DNA of 64,000 bases, filler included, from Malassezia furfur (GCA_052055015.1; 3 parts of 3 records of this genome joined end to end with filler, not necessarily neighbours in it), one strand, 5' to 3'; counted from the whole stretch's first letter, positions 46,227 to 57,030 are shown. Numbers and translations: made by a program. The notes: generated by a model not told the origin, from the sequence alone.

Positions 46227-49101
46227 ATGCTTGATCCGGTGGGCATCTATGGGCCCGTCCGCGGCGTGTCATCCGCGCAGCGTAAGACGGATTCGTCGAA
46301 TCCCTCGACCAAGGCAACTGATCCAGCTCGGGATGCGGAAAAGACCGAGACTGGATCGGGAGGTCGTGCTGGGCCCAGTGCTTCACGGGTATCGGATACC
46401 GACTCGAGCAGTGCGATCAGTCGCGCGCAAGAGAGGAGCCGAGCAGCAGCAGCAGCCGCGAAGCGTGAACGGCAAGAGTGGGAGCGCACACGGGGTGCGG
46501 GCAGCAATGTGTTGCTTTGGTACGAAGATGTGCGCGTAAACAACCCTTCCGAGCTGGATCATTTCGGTTGGACGGCGGCAGAAGTGGTGCCGCCGCTGGC
46601 CGACGTGCTGGCGCGGAAGCACGAGCCGCAAGATATTGTGGGGATGGACCGTTTGTTGGATTGGGGCATCTGTGACTATACCATCCTCCCACGCACACTT
46701 GGTCGGGGCCGTTTCTCGACTGTATACCTGGCTGTTAAGAATGGACAGCGCTTTGCAATCAAGCATACGCCGCTCTTCCCCCACCATGAGCTGGTAGCAA
46801 CGCGTCTGCTGCGTGAGCCGACGCTGCTCGCTGAACTTCCGCCGCACCCTAACCTTGTGGGAGTGGTAGAGACGATCCGGACGCCAGGGCATTTCTACCT
46901 CGTGGAAGAGTACCTCGAGGGTTACGTCACACTTGAGGCGCTCATCCCGAAGCTCAGCACCACCAAACCGCCCAAGGCCCCTGTATTGCCGCTAGCGATT
47001 GCGGAAAAGATTTTTTCGCAGCTGGTGCTGGTACTCCATGCGATTCACTGGCCGCTGCGTGTGTGTCATCGCGATGTGAAACCCGAAAACATCCTGGTGC
47101 ACCCTGAGACGCTGCATCTCAAGCTGCTCGACTTTGGCCTGGCGACGCACTTTAGCAAGAGTCGTGCGAAGCTGACCACATGCTGTGGCTCGCCCGCATT
47201 CCACTGTCCCGAGATTGTTACAGCGCTGACACAGCCACCGGGCACGGTCGCCTACTGGGGTCCCGAGGTGGATGCGTGGACGTGTGGTGTGACGTTGCTG
47301 CGATGTCTTTCGGGCATTCGATACCCACTGGGCACGTCGCATCCCTCGCCACAGTCCATGGCGAACCGTGCGAAACGCGTTTTGCAGACGCTCCCTTCGC
47401 ACCCCCTGCGCGAGCAGATTGCGCGGCTTCTGGACCTTAACGGCGAGAAACGCATGAAGCACTTCGAGGAAATCGCCCAGCACTATCTCGCACGTCAGGA
47501 CGGTGCACAGCAGTCGCTGCGGCGTGAGTTGCGAAGCACATCGTTTTGCCCGAACCTGCCGCAGTACTCTATGCCCCTTACCCTTGTGCTCGAGAATGAC
47601 GTGCCTGGGCAGCCGACCGCCGGGACGCAGCCCTTCTCGGAGCTGCTGCCCGTGGGAGCCGAGTCGCCGCAGTACACACGGCTCACCCTGCTGAACCCCA
47701 ACAAGCTGCACAGTCTCCGTGTGCTGTCGTTCATCAAGTACTGCTTCCGGTGCGCCGGCATCCTGTATCATACACTCCCCGAATCGGACGACCGGAGCCT
47801 CCAGAGGCTGCATTGGCAGTTGGGACTGGGTGGCGGCGAGCTAAGTGCGGCCGTGTCAGTACCCTCGACGCCATACGGCGACCCTGGCGTGACGCACCGG
47901 TCGTTTGAGTGTGTCGTGGAGCTGACGCACGAGGAGGCCCAGGGTCCATTGTCATCGTTGATGCACTCGCTCATGACCATGTTTGGACAGAAGCCGAAAC
48001 GGGACCCGCTGGTGATTCTCCCGCCGCATGCCAAGGACGCCGAGGAGGGCGCCGCACTGCCCGAGCCCGGCAAGGACAAGGCGGTGCGGCCAAGCAGCGG
48101 CCCGTCGGGCAAGCAGGGCCCACTCAAGATGCTCGTGTTCCAGGTGCTTGTGGCGTTCCCGCCTGCGGCCGAGTCGCCGTCGTTTGACACCTTCCCCGAC
48201 CTGGCCCTGCACAATGCATCCATCGAGGGTGGTGCCCGGATTCCCGCCCCCCTGCCGACGCGCAAGGACTCGCAGTCGGCGCCCATCTCCGAGGAGCCCG
48301 GACTGGTCATCGACACGCGGCCCGAGGCACTGCCACAGCCGAGTGCGGTGACGTCGCCAGCGGCGCGCTGGTCGTCGTCGCCGATGCCGTCGGGGCGCCG
48401 GAGCCGTCGCGGCGCATCGGTGCGCCCCAATACGGTGCATATGTACATCTCTGACCCGCGTGCGGTACCGTACGTGCGCGGTGCACTGAGCAACGGTGGG
48501 GTGAGCAAGCCCGACGTTTCGGTCACACACGTGCCCGAGATGGAGCGCTCACTGTCGACCGATCGTCCGAGCGTGCCGGCTCATGTCTCGCTGGCGAGCC
48601 CTGTACGCTCCGGCTCTACTACGCCCGGCGCCGAGGAAGCGGTGCTGGAGCCATTCAACGCCGATGAGCTGGTCGCGTCGCTGGACGCAATCGAGAGTGC
48701 GTGCCGCGCAACACTGCGGCGGCGCACGAAAGAGCTGGACGAAGGCTCCGAGCAGGGCGCGTCCGAGACCAAGACGCGCGTGCTGGCGCAGAATTTGTAC
48801 CGTCTGGTGCTGCGCCTCTTTACGCAGCTCGAGTCGACGCTGAACGAGGCCGAGCAGAGCGAGGCGCTGCGCGAGCAGATGGCCGAGCTCAACTTCCGCG
48901 TGCTCGATGTGCTATCGCCGGCGCTGTCGCTGGTGAGTGCGGTCGATTCGCTGCCGGCCGACCAGGTGCAGCTTGTGGCGAACGTCGGTGCGGAGAGTGG
49001 CGAGGAGCGCGCGGCGAGCACGGGCAGCCTGGCGCTTGCGATCCTTGAGCTGTTTGCGCACAACTCGAGCGCAAAGGAGATGTGCCTCGGCATCCAGGAG
49101 C
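46227..49101 (+). CDS. Ser/Thr protein kinase (CAMK/SNF1-like domain) with long C-terminal region; 3'-truncated at gap
   Basis: GRGRFSTV, AIK, HRDVKPEN, DFG, TCCGSPAFHCPE, DAW..GV. The ORF runs open into the spacer. Confidence 0.88.
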
Positions 49102-49201
49102 NNNNNNNNNNNNNNNNNNNNNNNNNNNNNNNNNNNNNNNNNNNNTTAATTAATTAANNNNNNNNNNNNNNNNNNNNNNNNNNNNNNNNNNNNNNNNNNN
49201 N
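49102..49201. other. Artificial contig spacer (N44-TTAATTAATTAA-N44)
   Basis: Identical 100-bp construct; linker at 49146-49157. Confidence 0.98.
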
Positions 49202-49203
49202 CG

Positions 49204-49914
49204 TTCCGCAAGTACGCCACGCTCTCCTCCGACCGCCTCGTCCAGCAGCTGCAGAGCGCCCGCGCGGCGCTGTCGCAGATGGCGCACGTCAACAAGCGCG
49301 CCGTCGAGCAGTACAACAGCTTCACCAAGCAGCGCGATACCCTCCTCCGGCGGCACGAGGAGCTCGAGACGAGCAACACGTCGATCCACGAGCTGATCGC
49401 GGTGCTCGACGCTCGCAAGGACGCCGCGCTGCGCGACACCTTTGAGCACGTCGCACAGCACTTTGCCGACGTCTTTGCACAGCTCGTCGCGGGCGGCACG
49501 GCGCGCCTCGAGCTCGAGCGCGACGCATCGAGCGATGCACCGGTCGGCGTCGCGATCCACGTCGCGTTCGGCCGGGGACAGCGTGAGCAACTGCTGCACC
49601 AGCTCTCCGGTGGGCAAAAATCCCTCGTGGCCCTCACGCTGGTGTTTGCGATCCAAAAGAGCGACCCGGCGCCGTTCTACCTGTTTGACGAGATCGACGC
49701 CAATCTCGACACCCAGTACCGCACGGCGGTGGCACGCATGGTCCAGGAACTCGCGGAGGACGCGCAGTTCATCATGACGACGTTCCGCCCGGAACTGGTG
49801 GAGCGCGCACAGAAGGACTACGGTGTGCTGTTTGGGCCCCAGAAGGTGAGCACCATTGTGCCGATCGCGCGCTCGGATGCGCTCCAGTTTGTCGAGGCCG
49901 CCGACACTAGGTAG
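49204..49914 (+). CDS. SMC3: Cohesin subunit Smc3, C-terminal fragment
   Basis: HVNKRAVEQY, LSGGQKSLVAL, DPAPFYLFDEIDANLD, QFIMTTFRPEL. Frame open from the gap. Confidence 0.95.
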   Translation, partial: FRKYATLSSDRLVQQLQSARAALSQMAHVNKRAVEQYNSFTKQRDTLLRRHEELETSNTSIHELIAVLDARKDAALRDTFEHVAQHFADVFAQLVAGGTARLELERDASSDAPVGVAIHVAFGRGQREQLLHQLSGGQKSLVALTLVFAIQKSDPAPFYLFDEIDANLDTQYRTAVARMVQELAEDAQFIMTTFRPELVERAQKDYGVLFGPQKVSTIVPIARSDALQFVEAADTR

Positions 49915-50072
49915 TCTGTAGCGCATTCATTCTAGACACGATGCTGGGATGCGGCTCTGCGTGGTGCCCACGCCATGGGCCAAATTCGCCCAATTCTCCA
50001 CACGGTCGGCGTGCGGTGGTGAATCGGCATAGGTACATCGCACCGGCGGTCGCTGCCCCGTTTCGGGGACAT

Positions 50073-50822
50073 CTACGGGTCTACGTCCATAGCGCCACTC
50101 GCGCCCTTGCGGCGCTGCTTCTTCTTGGGCTTCTTCGTCGTCGCGCTGCCCTCCATCTGGAGACGCTGGGCGAGCGGCAGACTCGACAGGCGGTCCTTGA
50201 GCGCGGTCGCCTTGGCGGGCTTCGCCTCCGGCTGGCCCTTGCTCGCGAGGATCTTTTCCGTCTCCTTCAGGTAGCGCGCCTCGGCTTCGGCGAGGCGGCG
50301 ACGCACGGCAATAGGCAGCGATGCATCGCTGCTGCGCGCCGTCGACGACACGTCCGCACCCGCCTTGGCCTGCGCAGCAGGCGCGGCCTTGACGACCTTG
50401 GCGGGCGGCGGCATGGACACCTTGGGCGCAGGCTCGGAGCCTTGCATGGTCACCTGGAGCACGCGTCCGTCGGCAAGCACGCCATCAAACTTGCGGCATG
50501 CGGCGAGCGCGTCGTTGCGCTGCTCAAATGCAACCTGGAAGGCCACCGCGTTGCTCGCGAGGTTCGGCAGGCGGTACCCACGCACTTCGACGACGCGCCC
50601 GATCGGGTCAAACGTCAGACGCACGTCCTCGAGCGACGTGCCCTTGACGAGGTTTGCGACGACGACCCACGTTGGCCCCGATGCGCCCTTGATATTCACG
50701 CTGCGCTGCACGTCAGCTTACACTCTTGCACGTACCTCCCGCTCGTACGGTGCGCTGCGCTGCGCACCCGACGCACGGCGGCGCGGCGCACGCGCGCGGC
50801 TCTCGCGCATTTCCACGTCCAT
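50073..50822 (-). CDS. Single-RRM RNA-binding protein
   Basis: VVVANL..GTS.EDV...FDGVLADGRVLQV RRM pattern. First exon MDVEM...APYERE joined by a 30-nt stop-containing intron at 50706-50735. Confidence 0.7.
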
Positions 50823-50885
50823 CGCGTCGGTGGAGGAAGGGGACGACACGGCGGGGGCGGGAGAAATGCCAATATTTTGGCGCGT

Positions 50886-53129
50886 CTACGGCCGAAACGT
50901 TACTTGGAAGAGGCTCGGTGGGCGCTCCTCGGCGGGCTTGGCAGCGTCTGCCGAGGGGAGCATGGCTGATGCATGCTCCGCAACATCGGCGTCGGCACTG
51001 AGCGAATGTACAACATCTCGGAGCGCCGCAGCCGCGCGGGCAGCGTCCGCCTGTGCGGGTACTGCCGCTTCGCCCGTCGGCGTACGCCGCGCATAGAGCA
51101 CGAGGTGCACGGGCGACCCCTCGTCCTCCAGCGACGCCACCAACAGGAAGCGCGACTGCAGGTCCGCGCCGTGAAGCTGCGTCGCGAGCTGAGTCACTGC
51201 CTCCGCGGGCAGCTCGGCGTCCTTGCGTGCCAAGAGCGGCGCGGCGAATTCGGCCGCCCACGCGTCGAGGTGGTGGGCATGCAGGTTGCGCATCAGCTCG
51301 ACGTCGAGGTGCGCGATGCGCCGTGCATCGCCTTGAGTGCCCGTGCATAGCGCGAGCACGCGCCGCGTGCGACGTGTCGAGGTACTGGACGCCGACAAGG
51401 AGCTGAGCGTCGGTGACGCTGAGGAGAGCGACGGCACCGACGTGTCGCTGCCTCCATCCGCATGCGCATGATCAGGCGTCGCGCTCCACGCACACTCCGC
51501 CTCGGGCTCGGTGGTGAGGGTGCACAGCACTGCCTCATTTTCCCGGCGACTCACGCGCAGCTGGACAAGTCCCTTGTGGTGCTCCTCGGCGCCGGCCAGC
51601 AGCTCGTGGAGCGGCGCCTGCCCCGCGCCATTCAGCTCTTGCAGCAGGTCCGCCGGGACGGTGCTTGAGGAACGCCGCACGAGCGCCATGCCGAGTAGCA
51701 CAAAGAGCGCCATCGCGTTGGGACACGCGTCGGCGGCCGGCTCGGCAGGGGGCGCGGCGGATGGCGCCGCAGCGGGTGCAGCGGCCGGCTCGGATGCGGA
51801 TGGCGCGGCGCCTGACGAGGCCGTATCGCTCGCCTGCTGCTGCAGATGCGCACGGAGCGCTGCGCACTCGCTCCGAGCCTGCTCGGCGTCTTTTCGTGCC
51901 TGCGCCGCCTCGGCGCGTGCCCTCTCGAGCTGCGCGTGTATGTCGTCGGGCGCCGGTGCCGCTGGTGTACCCTGATTCGCGGCCGCAGGTTTTGAAGCGT
52001 AGGTGTCATGATGGTCATAGTGGTTATCGAATAGAATCGCGCCCTGCTGCGAGATGAGCTGCTGGAAGACGGCGCGCACGTCCTCGCTCTCGTGGCGCAG
52101 CTGTGCACCGAGTGGCGTCGCACTCAGCACACGTTCTGCGCCGTTGGGCACACCGGTGGGACTCGCGCTGTTGGGTGCATGGCGCGCCGTGTCGAGGAGC
52201 GACTCGTACAGCAGCCACGCGAGCCGCGCGAGATGACGGCACTTGCCGCTCAGCTCTTCAAACTGCTCGCGCTTGCGCTGCCGCGAAAGGAATGCTGCAG
52301 CGCGGTTCTTCACGAGGCGCGCCTCGCGCTTGGTCAGTCCGGACGTATCGGGGGGAATAAACAGCGAAGAGTGTTTCGCCGAGGTATCAATCACCGGAAA
52401 CGGCTGGCCCGCCTCGGTCACCTGCGAGGCACTGGGCGGTGGCCGACGCGCGCCGCTCTGCGGCTTGCGCGCCGTGCGCTGCAGCTCGGCGGGGTCGGGC
52501 GAGACGCGCTTGCCGATCTCGGGCATCGTCACGGCGCGTGGCCGTGTGTCGATACCGGGGTGCGCTCCAGGGTGTCCAAGCTTGCGCCGCTTGTCGTCGG
52601 GCGATGCTCTGTACAGTGATTTTCCCGCATTCTCGTCCTTGAGAAGAAGCGCCAGCGGCGGTGCATCCGGGTCCGGCTTGGTGGGTAGCCCCACAAACCC
52701 CGTACGGTCCACGGACTCATGCAGCGGCCGCTCAGGCGCTGCAGACGGCGCCCAGATCGGTGAGTTTTGGAATGCATACGGCTCCGAGGGGCCCGTGGAT
52801 GCCGTCGAAGATACAGACGACGTCGAGTTGGTCGGTGCGCCCGTGGATGCCGCCGTGTGTGCGCCCGGCGAGCTTGCCCAGTCGAGCACCAGAGACGCAA
52901 TATCCTGCGCAGGTGCGGGCGGCTTCCCGAGCGGCATCGCACTGTTCAGCGCAAACGGCTGGATGAACCCAAACTGATTCGCCCCCACGTCGGGTGCGCC
53001 GGTTACCCCAGCGCACAGATCGGCGTGGATGAACGAGTCAAACTCATTGACGCCCGTGTCGGCGGACGGTGCACCCGTCGCCGTCGACGGCATCGAGCCG
53101 TAGGCGGCCCGCGCTACCGTGGGGTCCAT
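50886..53129 (-). CDS. bZIP transcription factor
   Basis: Basic region KREARLVKNRAAAFLSRQRKREQFEEL. Start at ATG 53129. Confidence 0.85.
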   Translation of the reverse strand: MDPTVARAAYGSMPSTATGAPSADTGVNEFDSFIHADLCAGVTGAPDVGANQFGFIQPFALNSAMPLGKPPAPAQDIASLVLDWASSPGAHTAASTGAPTNSTSSVSSTASTGPSEPYAFQNSPIWAPSAAPERPLHESVDRTGFVGLPTKPDPDAPPLALLLKDENAGKSLYRASPDDKRRKLGHPGAHPGIDTRPRAVTMPEIGKRVSPDPAELQRTARKPQSGARRPPPSASQVTEAGQPFPVIDTSAKHSSLFIPPDTSGLTKREARLVKNRAAAFLSRQRKREQFEELSGKCRHLARLAWLLYESLLDTARHAPNSASPTGVPNGAERVLSATPLGAQLRHESEDVRAVFQQLISQQGAILFDNHYDHHDTYASKPAAANQGTPAAPAPDDIHAQLERARAEAAQARKDAEQARSECAALRAHLQQQASDTASSGAAPSASEPAAAPAAAPSAAPPAEPAADACPNAMALFVLLGMALVRRSSSTVPADLLQELNGAGQAPLHELLAGAEEHHKGLVQLRVSRRENEAVLCTLTTEPEAECAWSATPDHAHADGGSDTSVPSLSSASPTLSSLSASSTSTRRTRRVLALCTGTQGDARRIAHLDVELMRNLHAHHLDAWAAEFAAPLLARKDAELPAEAVTQLATQLHGADLQSRFLLVASLEDEGSPVHLVLYARRTPTGEAAVPAQADAARAAAALRDVVHSLSADADVAEHASAMLPSADAAKPAEERPPSLFQVTFRP

Positions 53130-53257
53130 CGTGCCTCTTCGCGTGGACACCGCGCAGGTGGAAAGAAGCACACGGCGTGGCTCGGCCGCGGCCTCTGCGC
53201 CGCCGTTCGGTGTTGTTTACATAAGCACTGCGGCAGACGTCTATCGTGGTGTGATCG

Positions 53258-54236
53258 CTAGCGGAAGCCGTCGGCGCGGCGCGCGTCGATGCCGTACTCG
53301 CCAAGCGCGGCGCTCAGGTCGTCCATAGTCAGGACCGTACGCGTGCGGTCCTGCATGTCAGTCAAATCCACATACCCGTCCAGCGCCCGGTCGCGCACGG
53401 CTGGGGCCGGCATTTGTCCGAATCCGCGCGTATTGGAACGCGTCCGACGCAATGTCCGCCACAAACTTTTCCGTAGCCAGCGCAAGTAGACGCTTGCTGC
53501 ATGTAAGCAGGAGAATACGTACAGGCGCACATCGTTGCTCTGGAAACCCGCACGCTCCAGGTAGAAGTCGGTCACCTCATCGGGGATCTGTCGCGTCAGG
53601 CTCATGTGAACGCACCAGCGGCGAGAACTGCTCCAACATGCGCAGCATGTCGGCCAGCGAACGGTCCTTGCGCGCTTCCTCGGCAGCGCGCGCATCCAGC
53701 GTACTCGGAACCGGCGCAGCCTCGACGTACCGCGCAAGGTCGGCCGGCGTCGCAACACTTTCGACGGACGTCCGCTCTGCGTCCGTCACCAGCGCAAACG
53801 CGTGCGTCTCAAAAAAGACAGACAACTCGGCCAGCTCGGTTTCCGGGGTAATGACGCGGTAGGTCTCGGGCTTCGTGGGCGCCTCCTTGTTCCCGGCGAA
53901 CGGGCGCTGCAACTCACGGAGGGGCGTGTCCAGCCGCTCCTCGGTCTCGGCAATCACGAGATCCACCATCTCAACGAATCCACGCAGCTTCTGGTCGTCC
54001 ACAATCAGTATACATTGGCCGCCATGCGCGCGCGCCATCGGCAGGGCCGACGACACGGGGGTGTCTGGCGACGCCGTCGCAGGCGGCAAAAGGTTCAGTT
54101 GGCGCACCGTGGCGCCATGGAATTGTCGCTTCAGCGCATCGCTCACTTCGAGCGACTCATCCACCGTGGGCGTCTTCTGGGGCGCAGGCACGCGGGTCTC
54201 TGGCCCCGGCGCGTCCTCCTCCATTTTGTCGCCCAT
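53258..54236 (-). CDS. TAF10: TFIID/SAGA subunit Taf10 with an in-frame N-terminal CBS-domain pair
   Basis: PL/IPDEVTDFYLERAGF...RL/KRLLALATEKFVADIASDAFQY...VLTMDDLSAALGEYGI. Introns at 53588-53615 (28), 53497-53522 (26) and 53351-53375 (25). Exon 1 encodes CBS-like repeats. Confidence 0.88.
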
Positions 54237-54315
54237 CGTCGCGGCGGTTGGCGATCGGCGTGCGATCGGGCGCCTACTCCGCACTGCGCTCCACTCAGCG
54301 CGCCGCTCGAGAACC

Positions 54316-55119
54316 ATGCAGCGCTCGGGCGTCAATGCGAGCTCGGTGATGGGCCTCAAGGCCGAGCTTCATGCAGCACGACAACGTGCAGAGCAGAAGC
54401 GCGAGGTGCCTAACAAACGCGCACGCACCGACAAACTGCGCTTCGCCGAGGCCGCGCATCCCGACACGCCGAAGGAGGCACCCAGCGACGACCGCCTCGC
54501 AGTGTCGCGCGCCAAGCTGCAGCGCAAGGCACGCGCGTATGCACAGATGCAAGAAGGGCGCGCGGCGGGCCACGCGGCCGAGGGGCTCGTGGATTGGGAC
54601 CTCAAAACGGACGACGGCGTCCACGACACTGCGTCGGACGCCAGCGACGACGACCGACCGGCGTCGCCGCCCGCCGACGACCCAGACGACCCACTCGTGG
54701 AGCATGTCGACGAGTTTGGACGTACGCGCATGGTCCGCCGAAGCGAACTGCCGCGTGCGCCCACACCGGAGGAGGACGAGCCCGAGGCCATCTATGGGCC
54801 AGCGACGTCTTTCCCCGTGTACCAACGCGCGCCGCACCAACTCGAGGTGCGCCCGCCCCGCCCGCTCTCGCCGGAGCCGGAACACTTTGATGCGGACTGG
54901 GAGATTCGTACGCGCGGTGCTGCCTTCTACAAGTTTGATGCCAACGAAGACGTACGCCGCGCTCAGCAGCGCGACCTGCAGGCGCTGCGCGACGAGACGC
55001 AGGCGCGGCGCGCCGAGCGCGGCTCCGCACCCGTATCTGAGTGGCGCACGACGCTGGGTGCCGCGCGTCGGGCGGCGCGGCAGCGCGTCATCGATGCGCA
55101 CCGCACATCGGTTCGGTAG
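54316..55119 (+). CDS. CCDC174/DUF4078-like protein
   Basis: SVMGLKAEL, LQRKARAY, VDEFGRTR, HFDADWEIRTRGAAFYKF. Confidence 0.75.
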   Translation: MQRSGVNASSVMGLKAELHAARQRAEQKREVPNKRARTDKLRFAEAAHPDTPKEAPSDDRLAVSRAKLQRKARAYAQMQEGRAAGHAAEGLVDWDLKTDDGVHDTASDASDDDRPASPPADDPDDPLVEHVDEFGRTRMVRRSELPRAPTPEEDEPEAIYGPATSFPVYQRAPHQLEVRPPRPLSPEPEHFDADWEIRTRGAAFYKFDANEDVRRAQQRDLQALRDETQARRAERGSAPVSEWRTTLGAARRAARQRVIDAHRTSVR

Positions 55120-55152
55120 ACGCCCTGCGTGGGCTCTTGTACATATACCCAG

Positions 55153-57030
55153 CTACGACGACGGCTCCTCTAAAAACGACAGACATCCCGGGCTGCACCC
55201 GCGCCACAACAGCGGGAGGCACCCACTGTGTTGCATCTGTGCATGCGCGTCGGTTGCGCCCGCAAGCAGCTCGGTGCCCTGCTTGGCGACACGCACGCCG
55301 GCGACGTGCGAAACCCACTCGAGCCGCTCCTCGTACGGCTGCGCAAACAGCGGCGCGTCGTCGATCGCCGACTCGGCGACAGGCCAGTCGCTCACGCCGT
55401 CTGTCGAGGGCGCCGACTCCCGCGCGTTGGGACACCGGTTGAAGTAGACGTTCTTGCACGCGTCCTCCTCGGCATCGAGCAGGTGGTCCACGTCGATCGC
55501 GTCGGGCAGCGACTCGACCGATGCCTCGCTGTCGGGCGACCCAGTGGGATGGAAGTGCGCACCATCGTACCACACATCAGGGCCGCGCCGCGTGCGCTGG
55601 TTGCGGTGCGGCAGATTGGTCGGCGTGCCCCACAGACGCAAGGCACTGCGCCGCGCCGCCTCGAGGCGCGCGACCATGTGCACATCGAGCGTGTATTGCA
55701 GCGAGCGGAGGCACCCCGTCTCGTACTGTTCGAGCAGCATCGCGCCGTCCTCGGTGCCCAGCAGGCGACGGAGGCACACCTCGGCGAGCGTCGGCATCCC
55801 GTGCCGTACGAGCGGCGCAAGGGCGCGCACCATCGGTGCCATGTCCTCCTTGTCACGCGGCGGGAGGTGCGTTTCGGTGCGTGCGCGCTGCAGGGTGCGC
55901 GGCACGCGCGGCGGGCCCATGACGGTGCGCTGGCTGTTGCGGGCGCGTTGGGAGATGCGTGCGTTGGCGGGGATGGGCAGGAACGGGTTGGGGACGTAGG
56001 TAAACGTGTCGAGCTCTAGGCGCTGGATCTCGGCAGGGAGGTAGGTGAGCATATTACCGCCCACATTGAGCTCGCGCAGGGCATGCAGCTCACCGATCGC
56101 GGGCGGCAGGTGCGTGAGTGCATTCTTCCGGAGCGATAGCACGCCCAGGTTGCGCAGCTGGAACAGCGCGCTGGGCAGGCGCGTCAGCCGGTTGTCCCAC
56201 AGATAACACTGCACCAGATTCCGCGCGCGGTCGTGCATCGAGTCGGTGCGCTTGCCCGAGTCGGCGCGCCGCGGCGCAATCGCGACGTAGCTGTGCAGAT
56301 CGCCAATCAGCGGGGGGATATGGGTCAGACTACAGCCGCCAAGCAGCAGCGCCGGCGCCTCGCGGCCCTCGTCAAAGATCCGGTTGATCAGCGTCGGCCA
56401 ATGCACCTGCCCGGGCATGTTGGTGCTTAGCGCGCGGCGCATGAAGCGGGGCGGAGGCGGCGCGGGATCGTGCTGTTCCCATGCGCTGAGTGCCGCCGTA
56501 TCGGTGCGCGTGCGCGTAAGCTTCTTGGGCGACGTGCCGGTAAGACGCACGCGCTGCGATAGCGGCGGATCGCTGGGCCGCGCGCCCAGTCCACTCAGCG
56601 GATCGGTGCCTGCCGACTCCGTGCGGGAGAAGGCACGCGTCTGCGGCAGAAAGGGCACGCTCTCGACCGAGCTGCTCATCGCATCGTCCGAGCTGGGCGG
56701 GGGGGCTTCTTCGTCCGACTCAAAAAACTGGCCGAGTACATCGGCATCGCCCGACGCGGCGGGTGCATCGCTGGGCACCAGCGTCAGGTCTGCCAACCCT
56801 ACATCGGCGTGCCGACGCGCAGGTGCTGTCGCCGAGCGCCCAAATTCGCGTCGCGGGGGCAGCACAAGGTGCTTGGCCGAGCCCGCAAAAGGGTCGATGC
56901 TTGCATGCGACGTGGCACGCGCGAACGTCGGGCTCGATGGCGGCGATACCCAGTCGGCTGCTGTACTACTGGGGGGCGGCGACGAGGAGAAGTCGGACGT
57001 GCCTGCCGGCACGCGAAACGCGCCAGACAT
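55153..57030 (-). CDS. Leucine-rich-repeat protein
   Basis: LWDNRLTRLP, LSLRKNALTHLP, LNVGGNMLTYLP repeats; C-terminal CSPGC. Confidence 0.8.
   Translation of the reverse strand: MSGAFRVPAGTSDFSSSPPPSSTAADWVSPPSSPTFARATSHASIDPFAGSAKHLVLPPRREFGRSATAPARRHADVGLADLTLVPSDAPAASGDADVLGQFFESDEEAPPPSSDDAMSSSVESVPFLPQTRAFSRTESAGTDPLSGLGARPSDPPLSQRVRLTGTSPKKLTRTRTDTAALSAWEQHDPAPPPPRFMRRALSTNMPGQVHWPTLINRIFDEGREAPALLLGGCSLTHIPPLIGDLHSYVAIAPRRADSGKRTDSMHDRARNLVQCYLWDNRLTRLPSALFQLRNLGVLSLRKNALTHLPPAIGELHALRELNVGGNMLTYLPAEIQRLELDTFTYVPNPFLPIPANARISQRARNSQRTVMGPPRVPRTLQRARTETHLPPRDKEDMAPMVRALAPLVRHGMPTLAEVCLRRLLGTEDGAMLLEQYETGCLRSLQYTLDVHMVARLEAARRSALRLWGTPTNLPHRNQRTRRGPDVWYDGAHFHPTGSPDSEASVESLPDAIDVDHLLDAEEDACKNVYFNRCPNARESAPSTDGVSDWPVAESAIDDAPLFAQPYEERLEWVSHVAGVRVAKQGTELLAGATDAHAQMQHSGCLPLLWRGCSPGCLSFLEEPSS

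Noticed and set aside
30879..49914. SCC2 and SMC3 as a cohesin gene cluster
   Set aside because: They lie on different contigs separated by an artificial spacer.
50886..53129. bZIP as the HAC1/Cib1 orthologue with an Ire1-spliced intron
   Set aside because: The basic region does not match what I recall of Hac1/Cib1, and I found no paired CNG'CNG stem-loops.
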